64,000 bases of DNA. Source: Candidatus Komeilibacteria bacterium (GTDB lineage Bacteria; Patescibacteriota; Patescibacteriia; UBA1558; GWA2-36-10). Position 1 is the stretch's first letter, and each line of letters starts with the position of its first letter. The notes under the pieces are model-generated. The model was not told the DNA's origin. It saw only the letters and a list, made by a program, of their open reading frames with translations, and searched no databases. The translations under genes and the position numbers were made by a program. Below, one piece after another: positions 47,962 to 57,608 of this stretch. Where the stretch lies: assembly GCA_018656065.1 (NCBI GenBank), contig JABHZY010000024.1:75980-139979 (forward strand), given 5' to 3'.

Positions 47962-49305
47962 TTAGTATGGATCTGTACAAATATATACTCCGTCCTCTAC
48001 ATAACCTGCGTATCTACTATTTCTTCCAACATCTCTTTCACAAATAACATTGATTGAAGCAGTAGTAACACAAGATGTTCTATCTATATTCCAATCATAA
48101 CTATAACCACAACCACATACTCTTTTATCATTTTGTATATAAGAGTAACTACCTGTCCCATATGCGTTAATGCAAGAATTATTAAGTGCATCTATAGTAT
48201 AACACGCAGTTCTATCATTATTCCAATAATATCCTGATTTACAAGCACAAATATTAGTTTTACCATCTTCTGAATATTCTAAGAAACTTGTTCCCGGATA
48301 ACTTTTTGCACAAGATTGATCTCTTGCAACTATTAAATCTATACAGCTAGTGCGAGCAGTATTCCAATCATACCCACTAATACAATCACAAATTGGACCA
48401 CCGTTATCACCCTTTTTACCACTATAACGACTTTTATTCCCATATGCATCTTTACATATTTGATCATTTGTTTTTGGAACAATAGGCACAATAACACATA
48501 TTGTTTTCGAAACATTCCACATATAACCAGATAAACACCCACAAATTGGATCACCATTAGAATCTATATCTCCAGTCGAATAACTATATACTCCGTGATT
48601 ATCTATACAAATCTCTTTATTACTTTTTGTCTTTGGAATTATTGGAATATATATGTCATCTTCCTTATCTTCCGTCTTTTGATCTACTATAACATTTATA
48701 TCATCTTTTTTAATTTCAACTGAATCATCTATTTTTGAAATTATGTTTTCTGGAATTAATGTGTGGTACATCCATCCGGTTGCCTTTGTCCAACTAGATT
48801 GTGGCAATTCTTCTGCCTGCGAAGTGTTATTATCAAAATATCCACGCTCGATAAGATTCACTTTATACCACTCACCAGAAGATTCAATAATCTCTATACG
48901 AGGCAACATCGCGCCATATTGAATAACATCACAATCAAATGAAGGACACTCTCGTAAATTTTCATTTCCTATGCCTTCAAAGACCATTGGTATGTCTGCA
49001 CCATCTATTTTATTAAAATCATCAGTCTCAGAAGTTATAATATCTGAAGTTATGATATCTTTAGTTAAATCTGTTGGAATATCATTATCTGAATTAATTT
49101 TTGAAACAATAAGAAAAATAAAAAAAAGACCAATAATACTAAAAATTAAAATGTTCATCCATTTAACTTTATTACTATTAGACACTTTTTTATTAGAATC
49201 TAATTCTTTATTTGAATTAATACTATTGGCTTGCTTTGTTTTTAAAGAGTCTTTATCGTCAAGGAAACTAAGATCAATATTTAAAGACTTTCTCTTCTTT
49301 TTCAT
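47962..49305 (-). CDS. Membrane-anchored protein with SH3b-like domain and Cys-rich repeats
   Basis: TM; NLRECPS...WYKV; four C-x-C-x2-(G/S)-Y-x-W-N-x3-T-x-C repeats. Confidence 0.75.
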   Translation of the reverse strand: MKKKRKSLNIDLSFLDDKDSLKTKQANSINSNKELDSNKKVSNSNKVKWMNILIFSIIGLFFIFLIVSKINSDNDIPTDLTKDIITSDIITSETDDFNKIDGADIPMVFEGIGNENLRECPSFDCDVIQYGAMLPRIEIIESSGEWYKVNLIERGYFDNNTSQAEELPQSSWTKATGWMYHTLIPENIISKIDDSVEIKKDDINVIVDQKTEDKEDDIYIPIIPKTKSNKEICIDNHGVYSYSTGDIDSNGDPICGCLSGYMWNVSKTICVIVPIVPKTNDQICKDAYGNKSRYSGKKGDNGGPICDCISGYDWNTARTSCIDLIVARDQSCAKSYPGTSFLEYSEDGKTNICACKSGYYWNNDRTACYTIDALNNSCINAYGTGSYSYIQNDKRVCGCGYSYDWNIDRTSCVTTASINVICERDVGRNSRYAGYVEDGVYICTDPY

Positions 49306-49421
49306 GTGTTTATCTAAATTTAAATAGAATATTTAAAGATATTTAATTTCATAATAAAATTCTCTTTTATCATCCCACTTTTAACTTCAAAAGTCAATAA
49401 TTATACTAACACTAGAGAAAA

Positions 49422-50738
49422 CTAGCTTTTAAGAGTTAATAACTTATTATTTAACATTAATCTACTTTGAAAACAACCCAGTAACTCTCTTTTTTCTAAT
49501 ATACTCCCTTCTCTTAATATATACTTTGCATAATTTCGTATATCAATATCAGCAATTACAACTCTGTCTTTTACTCCCAATAATGCTTGTTGAAATTTTT
49601 TAAACCTCTCAACCTCAATTTTAATCTTCTCTTTAATTCCAATTTCATTGATATCTATAGTTCCAATCAATTTCTCAAATTGCTTAACTAAATCTAATTC
49701 ATTTATATACCCACATTTACAAAATCTATCTCTTGTTTTTGCACAACTGTAGTAGATATAACGATGTACATTACCATTTTTCTGTTTCTTTATTTTCTGC
49801 TCAGCAGTTATACCAGAACCACATAATCCACATTTCATTAATCTAGTAAAAGCAAACTCTTTGTTATTAACCTTAACAATGTGTTTTTGCATTTGTTCTT
49901 GAGTCGCATCAAACAACTCTTTAGTGATAATAGGCTCATGTTTACCTGTATACCAATTACCACTTCTCTTCGGATACTCAAAAACACCATAATAGAAGGT
50001 ATTTTTGAAGAGTACGTAGAGATTACCTAATGTAAGATTTTTATTACCTACTGTCTTAAAATTTAAATCAAATTTTAGCCAATGGTAAACTTTACGACCA
50101 CTCCATTTTTCATAAGCAACTTTTTCAAATATCTGTTTGATAATAGGGGCGCGGTCTGGGTCAATAATAGCCTCACATTTATGATCCATATTTTTATCTT
50201 TTAAATATCCAGTTGGAGCGGGCGCAGGCCATAAACCCATCTCAACTCTTGCTTTAAGTCCCCTTCTTACATTTATACTTTTATTATCATTCTCTAACTT
50301 TGCCTGCGAACATAAAATCATTAAAAGAAATTTTTCGTTTGGCGAGTTCTTAAACTGTTGACCATAGGTACGTATCTCAATTAATAACTTCTGATCCATA
50401 AGATCTACTAAACTTCCTAGATCTCCGGCATTTCTACTTAGCCTATCTGGCGCCCAAGTTATAATCCCGTTATATCTCCCACGCCTTATATCTTCAAGTA
50501 TTTCTTTAAACACTGGACGTTGTCCAGAATCTTTAGCAGAATGAGCTTCTCTACGTATATCTATAATCTCAAGCTCATCACGCTCTGCGATTGCAAGCAT
50601 TTCTTTAACTTGTGAATCAATAGAAAGAGCCTGTTTCTCGTCTGATTCAGTTGATTTACGAGCATATAAACAATACTTAATTTTAACGTCTGTGACTTGT
50701 TTTTCCTTACCAATTAAGGATGTTTTATTGTTTTCCAT
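49422..50738 (-). CDS. Large serine recombinase
   Basis: YARKST, DRLSRN, recombinase domain and Zn ribbon (CGLCG...YYSC). Confidence 0.93.
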   Translation of the reverse strand: MENNKTSLIGKEKQVTDVKIKYCLYARKSTESDEKQALSIDSQVKEMLAIAERDELEIIDIRREAHSAKDSGQRPVFKEILEDIRRGRYNGIITWAPDRLSRNAGDLGSLVDLMDQKLLIEIRTYGQQFKNSPNEKFLLMILCSQAKLENDNKSINVRRGLKARVEMGLWPAPAPTGYLKDKNMDHKCEAIIDPDRAPIIKQIFEKVAYEKWSGRKVYHWLKFDLNFKTVGNKNLTLGNLYVLFKNTFYYGVFEYPKRSGNWYTGKHEPIITKELFDATQEQMQKHIVKVNNKEFAFTRLMKCGLCGSGITAEQKIKKQKNGNVHRYIYYSCAKTRDRFCKCGYINELDLVKQFEKLIGTIDINEIGIKEKIKIEVERFKKFQQALLGVKDRVVIADIDIRNYAKYILREGSILEKRELLGCFQSRLMLNNKLLTLKS

Positions 50739-50765
50739 ACCTTAATTGATGACACATTTCATAGC

Positions 50766-50818
50766 TTCTGCTAAGCACTACGTTGTCGACAACTTGTTGG
50801 CAACTTTCCTTAGCAAAA
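50766..50818. repeat. Imperfect inverted repeat upstream of recombinase
   Basis: tgctaag...gttgtcgacaa-c-ttgttggcaac...cttagca. Confidence 0.6.
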
Positions 50819-50892
50819 CATCAAATAAGCGTTATAATATAGACGTAAACATACATAATATGTATAATTGAAATAATTATTAAATTAAAAAT

Positions 50893-51696
50893 ATGTCAGG
50901 ATTTTTTGCATTTTTATTATTTTTATCATTACTTAGCATACCTATTGGATTGATAAAGCCTAGTCTTTTTAATAAACTATTTAAAAAAGATATGACTAGG
51001 AAGAAATTGACTATCATTTTTGTTATTACTAGCTTTGTATTATTTTTTGCTTTTGGGTCTACTGTTGATTCTACCGTTGACATTCAAGATAATAAAACTA
51101 TTGATGTTCAAGATGATAAAATAGCTCTTAAAGAAAATAATGAGCCCACTGACACTCAAAAAGAACCTAACGAAGAAGAAAAAAATACAGTAGTAAATGA
51201 AGAATCTGAAGAAACGAATAATACAAACGAAGAAGAAAACACAGTATTAAATAATAAATCCGAAGAGTCTAATACTAACACAGATGAAAATGATATTACT
51301 CCTCCACCAACCCAAGTAGAAGAGCCAATAATAGATCCAGCTCCTCAAACAACTAGGGAAAGCGCATTAGTAATTTTAAAAGAAAATGCTAAACAAGAAT
51401 GGGGAGAAGACTACAGTATGGTTCAATATGAATATGAAGGCCAAGTAGAAGCCTATGATTGGGTTATGGCTAAAACCGAATATCCAGATATTATGAATAA
51501 GGCCAAACAAGAATGGGGAAATGATTATAAAATGGTTAAGTATGAATATGAAGGTCAAGTAGAAGCCTATGAATGGATAGAAGCCCAAACAGAATATCCA
51601 AACATTATGAGTAATGCTAAACAAGAATGGGGAGATGATTATAAAATGGTTAAGTATGAGTACAATAAGCAGGTTGAAGCTTATGATAACTTATAA
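50893..51696 (+). CDS. Membrane-anchored protein with acidic linker and three 38-aa repeats
   Basis: Two N-terminal TMs; AKQEWG.DY.MV.YEY..QVEAY repeats. Confidence 0.8.
   Translation: MSGFFAFLLFLSLLSIPIGLIKPSLFNKLFKKDMTRKKLTIIFVITSFVLFFAFGSTVDSTVDIQDNKTIDVQDDKIALKENNEPTDTQKEPNEEEKNTVVNEESEETNNTNEEENTVLNNKSEESNTNTDENDITPPPTQVEEPIIDPAPQTTRESALVILKENAKQEWGEDYSMVQYEYEGQVEAYDWVMAKTEYPDIMNKAKQEWGNDYKMVKYEYEGQVEAYEWIEAQTEYPNIMSNAKQEWGDDYKMVKYEYNKQVEAYDNL
51388..51693 (+). repeat. Intragenic 114-bp tandem repeat (about 2.7 copies)
   Basis: Units start at 51388, 51502 and 51616. Confidence 0.9.
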
Positions 51697-53133
51697 TATC
51701 CATACTTCTGGCATTGGCTGATTTAAATCTCTAGTGATCTCATTAATTAACAGGGAAAAAGCATCAGATAAATCATCATGCTTCTCACTACCAAATCCTA
51801 ATAGTTGCTGTCTTAGTGTATCTATTCCTTGTCTAGGAAATAATACATTACCAGCTTGTATCTGATGTGTAGTTGCGGATAGACGTGATCTTTTGTCTGC
51901 TCCAGCTACAGGAACACCCACTACGTTAATATGACTATATTCTGATTGTAAATTCTGCACTAAGTATTCTTGGGCCGCTACACTTTCAACATAAAATGTT
52001 GCACCAGATCCAAATGTATTATGAAGTAATAATGTTTCCTGTATAATCTCAGGAAAAGTTATCCTCTTATTTATAGGATTAGGTAAGATATATATTTTTG
52101 CATCTTTCCCATAACCATAAACTTTTGCACAAACCATCGCTGTACAATCAGCAGTGGTTTTTTGAGATATAGCTAAATCAATTCCTATCGCAACACTTCT
52201 TAAATTTCTTTCGTTTGGTAGTTCATCATAATAATGTAACCAACCCTCTTGAATCAACTGGCCCTCATCAGATATTATTCTTAACATGTATTCTCTATTC
52301 CAAGCAACTTCATTTCCTATCTTCCTACATTCCATCTCAACATCTTTATCTGTAGGATATTTACCAGGCCAAAGACAATTACCCTTTTCATCAACTAAAG
52401 GAAAATAAAGGAATCTCCCATCTGTACGATTATTATCAATGTCACTCTTGAGCCTCATGAGAAGCGAGTCCTCATGTAGTAAATTACCAACCACTACCAA
52501 TCTTGCGTCTTTATCTCCAGCAGGAACCACCTCTCCTTTTAACCATTGATAGGTCTTGTTCCTACCTTCTAAGGTCTTTGCTGATGTCATATTTTCAACA
52601 TCGTCACAAATAATTAAATCTGGTCTATGCTCATGATGCCTAATTCCACGAATACTTTGTTCAGCGGAAGCAACAGTAATACGAGCATTGGTATTTGAGA
52701 ATACTAGAGAATGTGAACCCCATTCATCACTATCTTCACGAAATGGTCCTAAATCTCTTTTTAATAGGTCATTATCTTCTAGCTCTCGACGTAGATTCAT
52801 CATATGTTGTTTTGCCTGAGCCTGCGTTTGGCAAAAAATAGTAACAAATCTTTTCTGTTGGCTTCCAAGGATGGCCCAAATTGGGTAAGCAGTGGTAACC
52901 ATTGTAGATTTACCCGACCCTCTAAAGGCTACTACAAATAGATCTTCATTATCACTTTTTTCCAGTACATGGATGATTTCTTTCTGGAAGTCTGCTGTTG
53001 CATATTTTATATAATGTGCAAAATAAAAGTGAAAGAAGTAAGAAAAGCTTTCTTTAGTTATTGCTACTCTTACTTTTTTATCCTTTGTCATTTGATCTAC
53101 TAGCTCTTGTGGTATCATTTTTTTCTTTAACAT
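51691..53133 (-). CDS. terL: Phage terminase large subunit
   Basis: AFRGSGKST Walker A, LIICDDVE Walker B, GIDLAIS and HDDLSDA nuclease motifs. Confidence 0.88.
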   Translation of the reverse strand: MLKKKMIPQELVDQMTKDKKVRVAITKESFSYFFHFYFAHYIKYATADFQKEIIHVLEKSDNEDLFVVAFRGSGKSTMVTTAYPIWAILGSQQKRFVTIFCQTQAQAKQHMMNLRRELEDNDLLKRDLGPFREDSDEWGSHSLVFSNTNARITVASAEQSIRGIRHHEHRPDLIICDDVENMTSAKTLEGRNKTYQWLKGEVVPAGDKDARLVVVGNLLHEDSLLMRLKSDIDNNRTDGRFLYFPLVDEKGNCLWPGKYPTDKDVEMECRKIGNEVAWNREYMLRIISDEGQLIQEGWLHYYDELPNERNLRSVAIGIDLAISQKTTADCTAMVCAKVYGYGKDAKIYILPNPINKRITFPEIIQETLLLHNTFGSGATFYVESVAAQEYLVQNLQSEYSHINVVGVPVAGADKRSRLSATTHQIQAGNVLFPRQGIDTLRQQLLGFGSEKHDDLSDAFSLLINEITRDLNQPMPEVWIL

Positions 53134-53527
53134 ATTCTTTATTGTTATCTGATAAAATATCCGCCAATTGCAGAGCTTTGTGAACTACTGCAGTTTGTGA
53201 CGGAGTAAGTTCTCCTGAATCTTCAAATTTAGAAGTAACTTCTACTTTGTCTCTAAAACGTGGATTTCGATGATTAAGCCAAAACCTTATAGCAGAAAAA
53301 TTTTTTTCTTTTATAAGAGTCAATAATTGGCTTTCAGACATATCATTAACCAAGTCTTCACCTTCGACTAATGCCTCATCCATAGCTTTAGAGAATTTTT
53401 TATCGTCTCGCTTCCAACGATAGATACTATTTCTTGATATGCCAGTTTTCTCGCAAGCTACTTGCACTATTGGAACTTTTTTTAGCTCCGCAAGAAAGCT
53501 GTCTCTAATTCTATTTTTCTTAGACAT
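53078..53527 (-). CDS. HTH protein, putative terminase small subunit
   Basis: ACEKTGISRNSIYRW HTH and AIRFWL motif; directly upstream of TerL. Confidence 0.7.
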   Translation of the reverse strand: MSKKNRIRDSFLAELKKVPIVQVACEKTGISRNSIYRWKRDDKKFSKAMDEALVEGEDLVNDMSESQLLTLIKEKNFSAIRFWLNHRNPRFRDKVEVTSKFEDSGELTPSQTAVVHKALQLADILSDNNKEYVKEKNDTTRASRSNDKG

Positions 53528-54794
53528 GATCCACCTTTGCCTTTCTACCGGTTAACTTCTCATATCTTCTGATAGTCAAATCACAAAATATAGGTTCTAG
53601 CTCAATTGCATAAACTTTTCGCTTTAGTTGTTCACTAGCAATAATAGTACTACCTGAACCAGAGAATGAATCTAGAATGATATCTCCTGGCCTACTACAA
53701 CGCCTTATAGCCTTCTCATGAAGCTTTGGTGGCTTACTAGTCGCATGTTCATATTTTTGACCAGATAAACGCTTTACAAGCCATATATCAAGCTCGTCAG
53801 AAGCTTCGGCAAATAGGTTGTTACCTGTAGTCATCTCTTTATTCAATACTTCGTTGAGATTGTTAATATTAGGTGTAATATATGGTTTACCCAGCACTCC
53901 ATATACCACAGGCTCATAACATTTATTGAAGGCGACCTTTGGCGTGGGATTCTGTGAATTTTTTAACCACAAACACACTCGCTTATTCACAATACCGAGT
54001 TCTCTGTATAATTCTTGTATCAAACCAATATAAGTTTGATCACACCAATAGAAGATGTGACTATTGGCAGCTGTAACCGATAAAGCAGTAACTAAAGTTT
54101 CTTTTATAAAGTTTTTATACTCTTCATAAGTGCGTTTATCATTTACATTACCACCATAATCTTTCTTACCTCCAATTCCCTTAGAATAATCTAGATTTAT
54201 ATTGTAAGGTGGATCACTATATATCATTGAAGCTTTTTCATCTCCAAACAATCGTTTGAGATTTTTTGGATCAGTAGAACTACCACATAACAACTTATGT
54301 GGTCCTAAATAAATTAAGTCACCCAGCTTTGTTTTTGGTGTCTTAATTTTCTTAAGTTCTTCTTCGACATCAAAATTCTCATCTTTGACTTCTAGCTCCT
54401 CGTCCCATAAATGAGCCAGGTCTATTTGATCAAAACCTATATCAACTAACAGATCGAGATCAAAAGACTTTAATTTTTCAAAATCCCAAGAGCCACCTAA
54501 GGTGTTGCTAGCTATAAGGTAACGCTCGGATTCTTCTTTGGTTAGTTGTCTGTTAGGAATACGAACATCAATAAGCTCTTCGCCTCGACCTAATAGCTGT
54601 AGAGCCTTGATTCTCTGATGGCCAGCTAATATTTTGCCATTTAGATCAATAGCTGGTATTTCCACTAAATTGAACTTTTTCAAATTCTTTTGTAAATCTG
54701 ACATTTGCTTATCAGAAATAGTACGAGGATTAACGTCTTGTGGAATAAGATCATTTACTCGTTTTGACACTGTGTGCCATTTCAATTTTTCCAT
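53520..54794 (-). CDS. ParB-like/DNA N6/N4-methyltransferase fusion
   Basis: NPR and AGHQR (ParB-like); DPPYN, HATSKP and DSFSGSGST motifs. Confidence 0.9.
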   Translation of the reverse strand: MEKLKWHTVSKRVNDLIPQDVNPRTISDKQMSDLQKNLKKFNLVEIPAIDLNGKILAGHQRIKALQLLGRGEELIDVRIPNRQLTKEESERYLIASNTLGGSWDFEKLKSFDLDLLVDIGFDQIDLAHLWDEELEVKDENFDVEEELKKIKTPKTKLGDLIYLGPHKLLCGSSTDPKNLKRLFGDEKASMIYSDPPYNINLDYSKGIGGKKDYGGNVNDKRTYEEYKNFIKETLVTALSVTAANSHIFYWCDQTYIGLIQELYRELGIVNKRVCLWLKNSQNPTPKVAFNKCYEPVVYGVLGKPYITPNINNLNEVLNKEMTTGNNLFAEASDELDIWLVKRLSGQKYEHATSKPPKLHEKAIRRCSRPGDIILDSFSGSGSTIIASEQLKRKVYAIELEPIFCDLTIRRYEKLTGRKAKVDHV

Positions 54795-54818
54795 AATTTT
54801 ATTATTTAATTATTAATT

Positions 54819-54849
54819 AAAAAACCGTAATCGACTTTGATTACAGCTT
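54819..54849 (-). terminator. Terminator between 54879 gene and methyltransferase
   Basis: Minus-strand gctgtaatc...gattacggt followed by a T run. Confidence 0.5.
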
Positions 54850-54878
54850 ATAATAACTAATAAAAGTATGGGTGGGGT

Positions 54879-55712
54879 TTAAGGAGTATCTTTAAACCCT
54901 ACAGATTTTTTCAGTTTCTCAATGTTACTAACTATATTTCTAATAGTCCCCCAACTAGAAATTCCGTACTTTTCTCTTATTACTTTTTCAGTTTCATGAT
55001 CCGTTCTTTCATTATACCAACATTTATCTCTTTTATATTTTGAAGTTGGTTTTTTTCTAAACTCTTTATAAATATTATATATCTCCAAATCTCTATGAAA
55101 ATTTTTATATTCCTTGTGTTTTACTTTATATTTTGACAAAGTAGCTTGTTCTTCTTTAATTATTGGCCATAATTTTTCAAGATCTTCTTTTCTTGTATGT
55201 GGTAATATTTTAATAAATAATTCGGCTTCACCTATTTTTTCATTCCTTTTCCAAGTAATAATTAATGGGGTATTAGTAAACTCTCTTTTATTGAAAAAGA
55301 TGTATTCGATAACAAAATCTTTAAATCTCCTATAGTTTTTATCCTTTCTTTTAATGTTATATTCTCTAAGAAGATCATCTATATCACTACCATATACAGG
55401 AGGTAATTCTCTATACTGAAGTTTTTCTATCTTATCTTGTTCTTTTTTACTCCAACTATCCTTACCTCTAGTTATTTTACTAATTTTATTTTTAAATTTT
55501 TCGCTATATTCAATCTTAGCTCTACAGTCAAAGTATCTATCATTCCATTTTAGATATTCTTTGTAGCTTTTAAATCCATTGTCTGGTATTGGACAACCAA
55601 ACTTATTGAACTTTTTAATTAATTGATCTATAAATTTAATAAATTTAGGATCAGCCATTATAAATTCAGCCTTATAATAATCTGTATTATGTATTTTTCT
55701 TATCTTCTTCAT
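54879..55712 (-). CDS. Basic hypothetical protein, possible C-terminal HTH
   Basis: 277-aa ORF ending KYGISSWGTIRNIV. Confidence 0.6.
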   Translation of the reverse strand: MKKIRKIHNTDYYKAEFIMADPKFIKFIDQLIKKFNKFGCPIPDNGFKSYKEYLKWNDRYFDCRAKIEYSEKFKNKISKITRGKDSWSKKEQDKIEKLQYRELPPVYGSDIDDLLREYNIKRKDKNYRRFKDFVIEYIFFNKREFTNTPLIITWKRNEKIGEAELFIKILPHTRKEDLEKLWPIIKEEQATLSKYKVKHKEYKNFHRDLEIYNIYKEFRKKPTSKYKRDKCWYNERTDHETEKVIREKYGISSWGTIRNIVSNIEKLKKSVGFKDTP

Positions 55713-55752
55713 AACTTGATTTTGCCACTTTTTAGGCGTAAAGTAAAGTCAT

Positions 55753-56259
55753 ATGGGATTATCAGATAAAACAATAAAAGAGTACCAAAGGATATTCAAG
55801 GAAAGCTACAATCATCCTGTCTCCTATGAAAAAGCTGAGGAATATGGGAATAGATTAGCTGACTTTTTCCAATTAATAGTTGATATGGATATGGCTAATG
55901 AAGAGAAAAAGGCTCGTTTAAAAGAATCTCCCAAAGGATTTCCTTTAGATGATGGCTCTACTTATAATTGTTGCGTGTGTTATAGACAAGTAACTGGTAA
56001 AGAAGGTTGGTATGATAAATATGGTAATAAGTGCCTAAATTGCCAAAAAGCCCTGGATAAAAAGGTAATTCCAGGCTATATTTGTAATGATAGAGATAGC
56101 TTCTATTTAATCTGGGAATTAAAAGATAAATTTGGCATTCATCACACTACTGCCAGAAAGATGGTTAGAGAAGGTAAATTAAAAGCTAGAATTATACAAA
56201 ATGAGCATGGTAAGCTTCATGAGTATGTGTTTATAATAAAAGAAAATAAAAAATTATGA
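55753..56259 (+). CDS. Zn-finger plus HTH (excisionase-like) protein
   Basis: CCVC...CLNC; ELKDKFGIHHTTARKMVREGKLKA. Confidence 0.6.
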   Translation: MGLSDKTIKEYQRIFKESYNHPVSYEKAEEYGNRLADFFQLIVDMDMANEEKKARLKESPKGFPLDDGSTYNCCVCYRQVTGKEGWYDKYGNKCLNCQKALDKKVIPGYICNDRDSFYLIWELKDKFGIHHTTARKMVREGKLKARIIQNEHGKLHEYVFIIKENKKL

Positions 56260-57059
56260 AAATTGTTTATATAGATGAATCTGGTAAAGATAAAAAAAGT
56301 CCTTTTGCTGTTCTGTGTGGTATCTCATTTGATCATAATAGAATGAGTAAAACAAAAAAAGATTGGCTTCATTTTATTAAATGGTTAAACAAAGAGGGAG
56401 TAAGAACATCTGAAATGCATACTTCTCAATTTTTTGCTGGCAAAGGTTGTTGGTACACTCTTAAGGGTGATAAAAGAAAAAAAATTACCGAAGGTGTAAT
56501 TCATTGGATTAATAAAAGGGCGCATGAATTTTGCGTTGTTGCCGCTGATAAAAAAATTTTTACTGCTAAAAAAGATGAAAAAATATCTGTATATAAAAAT
56601 ATCTGGTTTTTCTTATCTACGCATTTAATATTTGCCTTTAGCAAAAGATATCAGGGAGAAAATGGTACAAAGGGAGACTTTATAGGTATATTTGATGAAG
56701 GGTGTGTCGGATCAGAGTTTAGTGATTTTATTTTGTCAGATGACGCAAATACTTTATTTAAGGAATATACAGGTGTTAAAAAATGTTTAATTAAGTTGAG
56801 CGATGCTCCACTTTCAGCTAACTCAAAACATTCTAGTCTAATTCAAATAGCTGATTTTATAGTTTTCTTTGTTAGAAGAAAAATAGAATTAGAATATAAT
56901 ATGAAAGAAGAATATTTAGGTGAAAAAAAGGATATTGATATTTTTTATAAAGGTCTTTTAAAAAATAAAATGCAACAAAGATTTATTTATAAAAAAGCTG
57001 GCAGATCTAATATTGAAGATATTTTTTATTCAACAGCGCCAGATTTTTTAAAAAAATAA
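56256..57059 (+). CDS. DUF3800-family (RNase H-like) protein
   Basis: VYIDESG, E.H, FDEG and S..IQIADF motifs. Confidence 0.8.
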   Translation: MKIVYIDESGKDKKSPFAVLCGISFDHNRMSKTKKDWLHFIKWLNKEGVRTSEMHTSQFFAGKGCWYTLKGDKRKKITEGVIHWINKRAHEFCVVAADKKIFTAKKDEKISVYKNIWFFLSTHLIFAFSKRYQGENGTKGDFIGIFDEGCVGSEFSDFILSDDANTLFKEYTGVKKCLIKLSDAPLSANSKHSSLIQIADFIVFFVRRKIELEYNMKEEYLGEKKDIDIFYKGLLKNKMQQRFIYKKAGRSNIEDIFYSTAPDFLKK

Positions 57060-57217
57060 ACATTACACCTTACTGTAACTATATAACGTAAATACGTGTC
57101 ACTTTTGTCACTTTTTAGTAGCGCTCGAGACGCGTCGAAATACTATCATAAAAATACTCCCAAAAGCCTTACAGGGCTTGATTCTAAAAAGTTCTAGCAC
57201 GAGACGGCGAGCCAAAT

Positions 57218-57249
57218 AAAAAAACATCAACCTCTGTTGGTGCTTTTTT
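57218..57249. terminator. Terminator directly after right att repeat
   Basis: aaaaaaacatcaac...gttggtgctttttt. Confidence 0.6.
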
Positions 57250-57304
57250 ATTTATGTGTTTGTGATATACTTATTGTATGAATAAATATTAAATAAAGTT
57301 AAAA

Positions 57305-57550
57305 ATGGATAAATACGAATGTTATAATTGCAAAAAGATATCTAACCCTGATGATCCAGATACTAATTGGATTGTACTACATAAAAGAAATCATAAAAGA
57401 TTATTGGGTTGTGATTGTGGATATGGATTATATCCAGGACAGATTACTTCATTAGTTGCAAGTCCTGATGAAGTTGAAGATCAAAAAGAACAATTGATAA
57501 AAGCAGGTGTAAACCTTGATAAAAAGAAAAAAGCTGCTAAGAAAAAATAA
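57305..57550 (+). CDS. Small Zn-ribbon-like protein
   Basis: CYNC...CDCG; basic tail. Confidence 0.55.
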   Translation: MDKYECYNCKKISNPDDPDTNWIVLHKRNHKRLLGCDCGYGLYPGQITSLVASPDEVEDQKEQLIKAGVNLDKKKKAAKKK

Positions 57551-57574
57551 TCTATTTTCTATCACTCAAATCAT

Positions 57575-57608
57575 GGCAATCGGGATTTGATCCCCTATCT
57601 CCGAACCA
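57575..57608 (+). repeat. Degenerate copy of tRNA-Gln 3' half (old attR)
   Basis: 30/34 identity to 35497-35530; followed by terminator at 57610-57638. Confidence 0.85.

Larger units (their letters stand above)
35524..57217. mobile_element. Integrated element at tRNA-Gln 3' end (serine recombinase, TerS/TerL, MTase, cargo)
   Basis: Direct repeat CGAGCCAAAT at 35524-35533 and 57208-57217; GCACGAGACG near both ends; phage-type genes inside. Confidence 0.75.

Noticed and set aside
35616-49305. Integron cassette array
   Set aside because: Intergenic gaps are too short for attC sites and there is no tyrosine integrase
51388-51693. 114-bp repeats as CRISPR
   Set aside because: In-frame coding repeats without unique spacers
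57575-57608. Second tRNA gene
   Set aside because: Only the 3' half is present and the T loop is mutated; it is an att scar
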